DNA from: Azolla caroliniana
Lineage: Eukaryota > Plantae > Polypodiophyta
DNA: 13,158 nt
Direction: 5' to 3'
Assembly (NCBI GenBank): GCA_043228905.1
Contig: JBHGNT010000990.1
Coordinates: 1 to 13,158 of the forward strand
The notes under the pieces were generated by a model that did not search any database, was not told the origin of the DNA, and saw only the letters and a program-made list of their open reading frames with translations. Position 1 is the first letter of the stretch. The number at the start of each line of letters is the position of its first letter. The position numbers and the translations under genes were made by a program. Shown here one piece after another: positions 1-9,086 of this stretch.

Positions 1-597
1 AAGGAGGAAATTGGAAAGGCAGGTAATGGCACTGGACAAGGAGCCAAAGAGAAGGAAACAGAAACAGGGGGAGACAAAAAGAAAAAGGGAGCCGAGTCGA
101 CTGAAGAAGACGGCATATCCGAACAAGTCGGAACAAGCGGTGATGACGACAGAGTCAAGAATGATAGTGCCAACCGGAAGGAGTAGGCCAAGACCCAAAC
201 ATGGTCTGATGTTGTGAAGGGCCTGAAGATTGAGGAAAAATTGGAGATAGCCAATTCGGACAAGAGTTGGAACGAATTGGAGGCACCCGATTCGGAAGAG
301 GTGTTTGATTCAGAGGAACCGGATCAACCCAAGGTAAAATAGAGGACGAGGCAATAGAAGTTGACACCGACATTGAGGAACCGATGGGTCGAGAAGCGTC
401 AGAGTCGCAACATCAAAGGAGCTGAGATCAGTCATATGAGCAAACAAGCCGACCGAGAAGGTGCACGGGACCGGACGAGTCGTGGAAAGCGGAACCGGAC
501 AGGTCTAGGAGTGTGAGCAAGGCGAGAAGACACCACAAGAAGCCGACTGCAAGGTTCGGCAAACACTAACACAATGATCTGACCTCAAGTTGAGCTC

Positions 598-606
598 AAG
601 GGGGAG
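598..606 (+). other. Polypurine tract (PPT)
   Basis: AAGGGGGAG immediately before the TG start of the LTR. Confidence 0.75.
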
Positions 607-999
607 TGTTGAGCGGACAAGCTCAACTGGATCCGGATCGGTGTCCAGATAGATCAGTATCCAGAGTGGAGAACCGGATCAGAGAGACAGATCGGATTGT
701 AACGGGTAGACCGTTAGACGCCTACAATCTTAGCCTATTACGTAGGCATATTCCTTGGAGTTAGTGTCAGTCGCTCGTATGAGCATTGAAGTACTTGTTA
801 GTAGTTCTGTTAGTCCTTTTAAGGACTTGTATAAAAGTGCTCACTAAGCACATTGTATATACAGAGTGATATTTTGGAAATTGAGTTTATGCTATTCTGC
901 TCTCTCGGTCTCTCCTTTGTGTTTTCAAGCTTTCATTAAACCTTATCTTTGTTCTTCTGTTGGTATCCGGCAGAGCCGGTTTGTCTACACGCTTCCACA
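607..999 (+). repeat. 3' LTR (~393 bp) of the left element; right boundary approximate
   Basis: TGTTG start after the PPT, internal TATA box, pyrimidine-rich R/U5-like part, CA end at 998-999. Confidence 0.62.
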
Positions 1000-1650
1000 T
1001 AGAATTCTTTTCAAGAAGCAAAGGATTAAGGAACATTCAAATGAGGTCGAAGGTTCAAATCTGTTAGTGTACCTAGCAGTTACACAGAAATTGCGACATG
1101 TGACGACGACTGAACGTGGCCTAGTCAATCCTTACTAGAAGCCCTAATGACGAATTATGCGACTTATCGAAATGTTCTCTAACAAAGGATATTGGATTTT
1201 AGATTTGTTTTCCGGCACGAGTATGTTCTTAGACTTTTCACTACAAAAGTATATACTTATTGGTTGTCTAATTGAAGCTATGATCTTATTATTTTCGTGA
1301 TAGGTACGACATTTGCATGCGCCTTGAAACGATTTCGGAATACAGGTGCAATGGAGAAGGCCAAGGAGCAAGTATGTTTCATTAATATGCGGATTAAAGA
1401 CTTATGGGAGAACCCAGATCGAGACGAGCTAGGGGCAAAGCATATCGTAGGTATGGAACGGTTTCAAGCTACCTCTCGCGAGCCTATTCCTCCCTTGGCT
1501 CATGAACCTGGGGAGCTTATAGAACTAGACGATGAGATTTTTGAGGACCCCACGGTAGCCAGTCTAATTGGAGTGGATGCCAATGCACAGAATTTTGAGG
1601 ACAATTCTCAAAATGAAGACGAAGAGAAAGATGAACTTATAGCAATGTAA
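1000..1650 (+). pseudogene. C-terminal half of a beta-class N4-cytosine/N6-adenine DNA methyltransferase (N6_N4_Mtase-like); exons ~1000-1220 and 1304-1650
   Basis: Reading through the ORF 866-1138 stop gives ...GLVNPY*KP**RIMRLIEMFSNKGYWILDLFSGT. Splicing 1221-1303 joins this in frame to STTFACALKRFRNTGAMEKAKEQVCFINMRI. This is colinear with the beta-class pattern HPxQKP..L..LI..S..G..VLDPFxGSGTT..AA..LGR...G.E....Y......RL. An acidic tail follows. Confidence 0.82.
1221..1303 (+). other. Spliceosomal GT-AG intron (83 nt, phase 1) within the SAM-binding motif I
   Basis: Donor GTATGT at 1221, branch-like CTAAT at 1268-1272, T-rich tract, acceptor TAG at 1301-1303; AT-rich; removal restores the FSGT-(G/S)-TT motif in frame. 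Confidence 0.82.
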
Positions 1651-2329
1651 TGAAATTTGTATTTTATAAAAAACATTGTAATCAAAGTTTTATTCTCTGT
1701 AAAGTAAGTTTGATTCCATGTTTATATTGTTTCTTTAAATATGTCTACCAATGTTTATATTGTTATACTGTGTTGTTGCTATCGACGTTAAACAACATTA
1801 CTAAGCTTTACTAAGCTACATGTTTTAATCAATGTACTTGTTATAATCATTTTAATCTAAGCTTCACTTTTGATCATCGAATATGTTCTACAATTTGAAC
1901 CCACTTTACTTTTGGGTGTGTGACCATAATGAGTGTCCAAGTGTATCCATTATATGATATGTGTGTATGGGTGTCCTCTCTCATAGTTGTGTATTGGGGA
2001 AACTCTCTCATGGGTGTGTCTATCGGGCAACATTCAGTAAGTATTAGAGTGCATAACACATAATCACTAACTATTGCTATCACTTCCATTTCTTCTCCCT
2101 ACACCTCCACACGATGGTTAAACATGGAGATCAACTGTTGTATAGACCATGTGTCATAGTCTGTAATTTAACTACATTTAAAGTCCGAAGATCATGATTT
2201 TCTCAACGTTTCAACCAACTTTGCAAATTGCATCATACAGTCTGAAAGTTTAACAATTGTTAATTGAATAAAGAATTTTCATATGATATAATTTTAAATA
2301 GTTTCGTATTTGGAGATCATCAACTTTAA

Positions 2330-3445
2330 CAATGGGAACGCATCCGTCACTATAGCGTCATTCAATTTCTTGTAGTTGACACACACCCAATTTTTCCCAT
2401 TCTTCTTAGGTATGACTATTATGGAACTTAGCCACATGGCCTCCTTTACTGGCCAAATGAAGTCAATCTCCTCCTTGACTTTGACGACGTAATTCGGGTT
2501 CATTTGGTAACGTTGTTGTTGTACCGGCTTAGCATCCTTACTGAGATGTATTTGGTGTTGATCAAACTTGGGGTTGAGCCCCTTCCTTTAGTTATGTGAC
2601 CATGCAAATACATCGCGAGAATCTTTTAGGAATGCAATCATTGCCGCTCTGTCGACCGATTTTAGTTCTTTCGTTATGCTTACTAGGTGATGATCATCTA
2701 TTGTTCCTAAGTTGACCTCCTCCAAGGTCAACGCCTTCACACATCGGGATATTTCCATTTCGTGCTTTAATGCCTCTTAGGCATTCCGTAATTCAGCTAT
2801 AGCTTCCAGGTCCGGCTCCAGTAATTCTTCTTCCGTTTGTGTCCTTCTCGGACACATACGGGTTGACCACTTCGATTCCATCTATTTCGATCAGTGGTAT
2901 TAGCTTTGGGTTTTCTTCCAAATAATGGTCGACCTCCTCGTCGGCCAATCCATCAAGCATGTGAACCTCTTCTGCATAAAGTGGTGTCATCCCCTTCTTC
3001 GTCGTGACACGTGAATCTTGTTTCAGCCTCTTTGGAAGCTAATCATGTTGTTCTACCAATCCTGTTTAATATTTGTTATGTGCAACCATGGTCGACCCAA
3101 TAGAAGGGGATATGTCCCAAGTGCATGAAGTTGTAACACGATTGTCGAAATCTTAAACGAATATCCTCCAATTATGATTTCTAGCTTTCGGATCAGTCCG
3201 AGAGGTCGGACGGAGCTCATGTTGGCCATACGATGCTAGATTGGGTAGACCTCCCATTGCTCGACACCAAGGTGATTGCATGTTGCCTTGCTGATTACAT
3301 TCACTACGGACCCTCTGTCGATGATGCAACCAGGGACATATTGTCCCTTCATGATAATCTTTGCTAGAGAGTTCTGGTGGTTCATTACCATAGGTCCTTT
3401 AGTTGATTTGGCAAAGTGACCAGACACACTCAATTGCTCTTCATT
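2330..3445 (-). mobile_element. Decayed Ty3/Gypsy (Tat/Athila-like) pol remnant: aspartic protease and N-terminal RT
   Basis: CIIDRGSVVNVIS protease-like motif (ORF 3236-3433); YPLLLGRPW near 3085-3112; DVFAWS near 2600-2617; RYQMNPNY..VKEEID..WLSSIIVIPKKNGKNWVCVNYKKLN..DAFPL (ORF 2294-2503). Many stops and deletions; truncated at both ends. Confidence 0.85.
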
Positions 3446-3791
3446 CCCCCGGGGGCTCCATTATATATAAAGAGGTTATATCACGTGCATTCGCGACACC
3501 TTTTTAAACCCCTTATACATTGTCGTGAAGATCCGTCACTACGCGCGAATCGTGAGGCGGAACCGCCGGGGTTCTGGACCGGAAGGATTCAAAATCGATA
3601 CAAGCTTTGGCGAGAAAGTACTTAAGATAGATTGGGAAAGAGAGAAGTTGAGATTAAACTATTGAGAGAGATTGATTGAACTTTTATCTTTGGATTTAAG
3701 AAACAAGTTACACCATCAATTTGATAACGAATTTCTTCTTCTTAATTTCATAACCCAAAAAAAAACGCCTTTTTCTCCTCCCCCTTCCTTC

Positions 3792-3798
3792 TTTTATA
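3792..3798 (-). promoter_or_regulatory. Candidate LTR TATA box (3' LTR copy; the 5' LTR copy is at 10564-10570)
   Basis: Minus strand reads CTATAAAAG in the element's sense orientation in both LTRs. Confidence 0.6.
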
Positions 3799-3971
3799 GA
3801 TGCTCTCATGCATATGATGCATGTGAGGGTACAAGACATGCATAAAATGCATGTTTGCCATTTGGCGCTTGTGTATTACATGTGGTGCATGATAACCATG
3901 TCACTCATTTTAGCTCTCATGTATGAGAATTTACATGTAAAAGTACAATGATAGAAATATAAATTCAACTA

Positions 3972-4043
3972 AATGGCATGGCTTAATGGTAAGCCAATTG
4001 ACTCCTAACTTGGAGGTGCAAGGTTCGAATCCTTACTTGCCCT
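3972..4043 (+). promoter_or_regulatory. tRNA-like / Pol III type-2 promoter module in LTR U3, antisense to the element
   Basis: A box TGGCTTAATGG (3979-3989), B box GGTTCGAATCC (4022-4032), starts 43 nt apart. D-arm GGCTT/AAGCC and T-arm AAGG/CCTT pair; acceptor and anticodon stems do not, so not a functional tRNA. Confidence 0.72.
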
Positions 4044-4084
4044 GCTTGTATATGTATATATATTTATATATTTATTTATCTAGT

Positions 4085-4336
4085 CACCGGACGCCGGTTC
4101 GCCGGATGCCGTCGGTTACCGGTGCCGCGGCGGATGTCGTCACCTCGTCGTCGCTCGTCGTCGCCGGATACCGGTGCCGCCGCCGGATGCTATCGGTTAC
4201 CGGTGCCTCGCCGGATGCCGTCGTCTCACCGGCACCGAATTGCCATCGGATGTCGTCGGTTACCGGTGCTTGGCCGGATGCCGTCGTCTCACCGGCGCCG
4301 GATGCCGCCGGATGGCCGTCTCCATCGCCGGTCCGG
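4085..4336. repeat. GC-rich, CCGG-dense minisatellite in the 3' LTR (~63-bp unit, about 3 units plus an extra segment)
   Basis: GGTTACCGGTGC recurs at 4114, 4195 and 4258 (spacing 81, 63); CCGGATGCCG sub-repeats. Confidence 0.88.
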
Positions 4337-4720
4337 TTTTGGTTGGCCAAAACCCTTTACGAGTAACTAGCCCACCTCCACTCTTAGTTCAAGTTACCTT
4401 GAACTCTCTATGCTCCACACATAGACACAAAGATAATATCTTTTGCTCTACCTTATATATGATGAGAGCCGTATTTGTCGTGCCTATGTGGGATATCTCA
4501 CAATTTTCTCTTTTCCTTTCACAAACTTTATACCCTCATATCTTGACATTTAGTTGTCCGTTTCTCGTGTAATAAAGTGCATTCGAAACCTCCATCATTT
4601 TGTACTTAGATATTAAATTTATTTAAAATGTAATCTTCACAATTATTGTATTATGTGATTCATGCTCGATTTTGTACGTTTTATGGGATTTTCACACTAT
4701 TGCCGAAAATCTTCACGACA

Positions 4721-4733
4721 TCCACCCCCACCT
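4721..4733 (-). other. Polypurine tract (PPT) of the Gypsy element
   Basis: Minus strand AGGTGGGGGTGGA abutting the 3' LTR. Confidence 0.85.
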
Positions 4734-4792
4734 AACCGCACGTCCTCCGGTACGTGCCAAGAAGAGAGAAAGTGAGATTTTGGCTACGGTGA

Positions 4793-6234
4793 TCAATTAG
4801 ATTCCTCCATGTCCTCATTTACATCCACCCTATTATGTTCATCGTCGAGGTGATCAAGGTCAGGATCCTTGTCTTGTCTTTTCTTGAAAATCTTTACTCT
4901 TTTTCCCACAATGGGTACAACCAACCTTGATCTGTCTAGTTCTGCAAGGTGGTATGTGGCATTATCATTGGCACTTGTCACCACATACAGCCCGAACCAT
5001 CTTCTTGCGAACTTCCTTGTTGTACTGTGTTGATTGTCAAGGGTGCTGTCGTAAACCAAAACCCAATCCCCTTCTTCAATCTTCTTGGGACGAAGTCGAT
5101 GCGTGTTGTCGAACCAAACTTTGTTCCTTACTCGGGCTGCCTCCATCATCTTTCGTGCTTTTTCTAAATCTTCAGGTCTTCTTTCAAGTTGCCTTATCCG
5201 CGCCGCTAATAACTCTTCTCGGCTCATCTCGTTCTCCCACGGTATCGCTACCCATGAGGCGATCGTCCTTTCGATGGGCATAATCGGCTTTTGTCCATAC
5301 ATAAGCTCCGTCGGCATATACCCTGTCACCGAGCTATGTGTCGTTCTATCGGCCCACAAGGCATAGGGTAATAGTCGTGGCCAATTCCCGACTCGACCGT
5401 TGCATGCTCGTACGATGGCTTTAACGATAGGTCCATGCCCTCGTTCGATCTTCCCATTCGCTTCCGGATTGTAGGCAGTTGTGAGGGAGAGCTTCACACC
5501 TAGTCTTTCGAAGAGCTCCGTCGCTTCGTGCGCGTCCAACTCCCCTCGATCAGCCACTATCTTCCCTACACATCCATATCGGCAAATAACCTCTTCAAGC
5601 AGAAATTTGCAAACGGCTGAAGTCGTCTTATTTGTCAAGGCTCGTCCTTCCACTTGATTTGTCAAGTCTTCCCTTGCCAGCGCTAAGTACTTCATTTGTC
5701 CCACTCCCATTGGCATCGAGACCAGATCCACCATCCATTTGAAGTGTATGGTGAGTGGGTATGTCGGCTGTAACTCATCACGATGACCTATATTTGAATA
5801 TATTTGGCAAGTTTCGCATGTGGACACGAAATGGAGTACATCTTTCTACATGCTTGGCCACCAGTACTTCTCCTTCAACTTTTCGAACGTCGCCCATGTT
5901 CCTCTATGACCTGCCCAAGCACTCTCGTGGAATTTGGTCATCAGCGTCTCTTGCTCTTCTTTCTTTACCACCACTCGACGTGGTATTCCTGTCCTTCTTT
6001 TTGGATGTCGCCAAAGGCATCCTCCCTTCAAGAAGTATCGGTAAGCTTTCTTTCGGATTCGTAGGGCCTCCTCCTTTGTCAACGAAGCATCTGTCGTCAA
6101 TGTTCTTAGGAATCTACCGATCAGTAACCACTCTCCTTCGTACTCGTTCTCGTTGAAGGCGTGGAGGGTTTGCGTATCCTGGTCTTCCTCCGACAATCGA
6201 GCCATCTTGAAGAAGTTGAGGGCGACATCTTCAT
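4793..6234 (-). pseudogene. pol: Integrase (HHCC zinc finger, DDE core, GPY/F-type C-terminus) with one in-frame stop at 5846-5848
   Basis: FHES..AGHRG...YWWPSM*...STCETCQ; WMVDL, IVADRGE, NGKIERGH; RRWFGLYVV. ORFs 5846-6262 and 4793-5827 are in the same frame. Confidence 0.93.
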
Positions 6235-7626
6235 CTTCTTTCATGTCTTGGATTGCATTCACTTTGGATGGCGAGGGCTTCCGGTTACCCGAATGCGGAT
6301 TTTTCTCCCGAAAATGTCAAATTCGCATCTTCGAGCCTTTGAAGCACCTTCTCACAATCTTTCATATGATCCGCAACGAACTTTCTACAACCTTCCTTAT
6401 CTTTCGATTCATCTTTCTCCTCATACGAACATCCTTTTATCGGAATATCATCCAAGAATGGCATCGTGATGTCCGGGATGCAATCCTTCAAGACTTTATT
6501 CATGGCATTCACCATATGAGCCACCGAGTTCGTTGCGCCTTGGGGTAAGGTACACATCCGCACAAGCCCGATCGAAGTCCTCATGGTTGTAATGTCCCGA
6601 TTGGAATTGGTCATATCCGGAGTAGAGATCGCCAATGGAGTAGATGAACCGGCCCGCAAACGCTTCGGCAAATTCGTCCACGCTCGGACCGATTCCGGCA
6701 TTTCGAATTGTCACCTTGTTGACGGGTTGAAGATCTTGGATGAATCGCAATGATCCATTCTTCTTTGGCACCTTGAACCACCTATTGGAATAAGGAGCAT
6801 TCGATGGTTCTAGAATTCCCATACTCACCTTCTCCTTTAAGAGCTCGATCAGCTTCGGAAGGTGTGCTCTCAGAACCGGTATCGGTTTCAAATTCCAACG
6901 CACATGAGGCACCGTGAAGATCACCATCAGCTCTATAACCTTTGGGTCGGCGCATCCGATTTCTCGTGGGAAGAATGCGAAAGCCTTCCCATGTCTCTCA
7001 AGCATATCGCGAAACATTCGCTCCTCTTCAGGGAGAAGGAAATCCTCCTTTCCAACTCGTAGCTTCCCCTTCGTCTCTTTGGTGAAGACATGACCTATCT
7101 TCTTCGGATCTCTTAAGCTTGGATCGTTAGCGACTTCCTTCATCTTTTGCCAGCTATCTTCTGGTAGCGGAACCGCAACTGGCTTGATCTTCTTATCCAC
7201 CGTTTTATATTTCGTGTTGATGACAGCTTCCTTCATCGAGATGCCACGACGGTATTCATCGATGATAGCGTACATGTTGACGGAGTTAACCGAAATCACG
7301 CGTTGGTTGTGAAGATAGCTCAATTCCACGACGTCCTCGATTTCACCGATGGTGTCGTTAAATGAGGCTTCTTCCATAATATGAGTTACAAAATCTCCTT
7401 CTTCTATTATGTTTTCTTCTTTCAGTTTCTTCTCGAATTCTTGTATCCGGTGCTTGTGCTTCTTGTCGGGTAGTACTAGTTTACATGCGCCACTAGGTGT
7501 GACACATGTTGCTTCTCCTCGCAATCCACGCACTCTTCTTTCTTGTGGGCTCTTGTGATTGCTCGGACTATTTGTGCCCCATGCTTCAATAGTCCGCTCT
7601 AAAACTCCGAGGATTCGCCTCCGAGA
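6235..7626 (-). pseudogene. pol: Reverse transcriptase with small frameshifting deletions; RNase H absent
   Basis: PKKNGSLRFIQDLQPVN, IGDLYSGYDQF, LPQGATNS, PFLDDIPIKG, then RKPSPSKVNAIQDMKE; frame changes near 6600 and 6280. Confidence 0.93.
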
Positions 7627-9086
7627 CTATCTCGATTCCTTTCATGATTGGATCGCACCGTTAGGAATTGGACCGATCTTTGGTTGTTAAGACTCTTTAT
7701 TCGTGTGAAGGCTGCTCCATTATCGAACACTTTGGTCTCCATCCGAGATGATGTGATATAAGGTTGCCCTAGGATGACAGGATGCAACGCCGATTCTTGT
7801 ACGAAGAAGTGTTGATCCATCTCCACATCCCCGATTGTGACTTTGATATTGGGACAAGCTCCGTACAAGTCCTCCGTAGACTTTGTTGCCGTGCGAATCT
7901 TCCATCCGTGGTTTGTATTGATTGGCCATCTTCCTTTTTTGTAGAAGTCGGTTGACATGAGGTTAATCTCCGAGCCGTGGTCCATCAAGGCTACCACGGT
8001 CTCTTTCTTCTCCCCGATCTTCACCGGCGTCTCTGTTGTCGCTCGTGCCCAATGAGGTCGAGTATAGTGGCTGTCCACCATATCTTCATCGACTTCGTCT
8101 CTTGCCATCGTTATGGCATTCATTTTTGCTTTTTGCGGCTTCTCTTCTTCCTCGTCCGATTGTTGTCTCTTTCTCTTTACAAGGTCCACGATCGTGCATG
8201 GAACTCCTTCTTCGTAATGCCAAGCAATTCCCTCAAGGACAAAGTTACGTGGCTATCAAGAACTCATTCTTCGAGAGTCTTCTTTAGGTCCGTCGTCTGC
8301 TCTATGTCCGACCTTAGCTTATAGGTAGGTATAGTCCTTGTCCTCCGAGCGGGGTCTTCGACACCAACCTTCATGGGCCGAACTGTTTCTTCAACTCGTA
8401 TGCTCGGCTCCCCTTTTCGGCTTGATTCTCATTCCTCCGTTTGTAAAGGTTGACTCGTCTCCGCATCGTCCTTCTTTTTTGCATTCCTTGTTTCATGTCT
8501 TTTTTATGGGCCTTGCTCTTCTATTCTCTTTCTCTTTTCTTCGACGAACACCTCGTGGTTGTCCCACATCACCTCTGCGAGTATGGTGTTGTCGTCCACC
8601 GGATCCGACCACCCGGTTATGCTTTGCACGCTTCGGTCCGCAAGCTCTACCTCGTTCGATGTGACTTTTCCCTTCTTCTCATATTCGAGAACGGAAGTCC
8701 AAAACTTTGCTCCCGCTCTAGCAGTTTCAGTTTTGTCTTTCTCGACTCTTATTCCGGCCGACGCAGCATGTGCATCGCATCCACATGAGTCGCATCGGCA
8801 TCCTCCATAGATTTCTTCATTCCTCCTCTTCCGAAATTCACCCGTAGGGGTCTTCTAGTCTCACTTGAGCAGATCATGTTGTCCTCTATGTATACGATAT
8901 TTTGTCGAATCGCCTCCCGAAGGCTCGCACAATCCCTTCTCATGTGGTCCATGCTATCGCACCACACGCATCTAAAGGGTTCTTTTCCTTTAGGGCCCCG
9001 ACGATTCATGTTGGCTAGCGTGACCTTCTCGAACTTCTTCACTAGCTCTTCAATGATGTCGTCATCAATCTTCTTTTCTTCCACGT

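Larger units (their letters stand above)
1..999 (+). mobile_element. 3' end of an LTR retrotransposon (probably Ty1/Copia-type): internal 3' region, PPT and 3' LTR; truncated by the window edge
   Basis: Purine tract AAGGGGGAG (598-606) directly followed by TGTTG (607); TATAAAAG at 830-837; candidate end CGCTTCCACA at 999, after which unrelated coding sequence starts. Superfamily is inferred from PPT/LTR style only; no pol motif is visible. Confidence 0.7.
3521..4720 (-). repeat. 3' LTR (1200 bp)
   Basis: TGTCGTGAAGAT...ATCTTCACGACA, a perfect 12-bp terminal inverted repeat; direct repeat of 10293-11404. Confidence 0.97.

Noticed and set aside
961-977. PBS-like TGGTATC(CGGC)AGAGCC
   Set aside because: Interrupted by 4 nt, not preceded by a CA LTR end, and located inside a PPT-preceded 3' LTR.
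1052-1062. B-box-like GGTTCAAATCT
   Set aside because: No A box at the proper spacing; it lies in the MTase exon.
866-1138. ORF 866-1138 as a stand-alone 90-aa gene
   Set aside because: Chimeric: the first half is LTR sequence and the second half is the MTase exon up to a premature stop.
3457-3520. Possible Helitron 5' end (TCCATTATATATAAAG)
   Set aside because: Not preceded by A, and no hairpin plus CTRR 3' end was found in the continuation after 11404.
3972-4043. Functional tRNA gene (CCT loop, Arg-like)
   Set aside because: Anticodon and acceptor stems do not pair; kept only as a tRNA-like promoter module.
4085-4336. CRISPR-like repeat array
   Set aside because: The units are degenerate tandem copies without unique spacers, lie inside a eukaryotic LTR, and no cas genes are present.
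3986-4572. Overlapping ORFs in the LTR (3986-4366, 4084-4350, 4122-4370, 4174-4572 and counterparts at 10852-11256)
   Set aside because: By-products of a stop-poor GC minisatellite; not conserved in length between the two LTRs.
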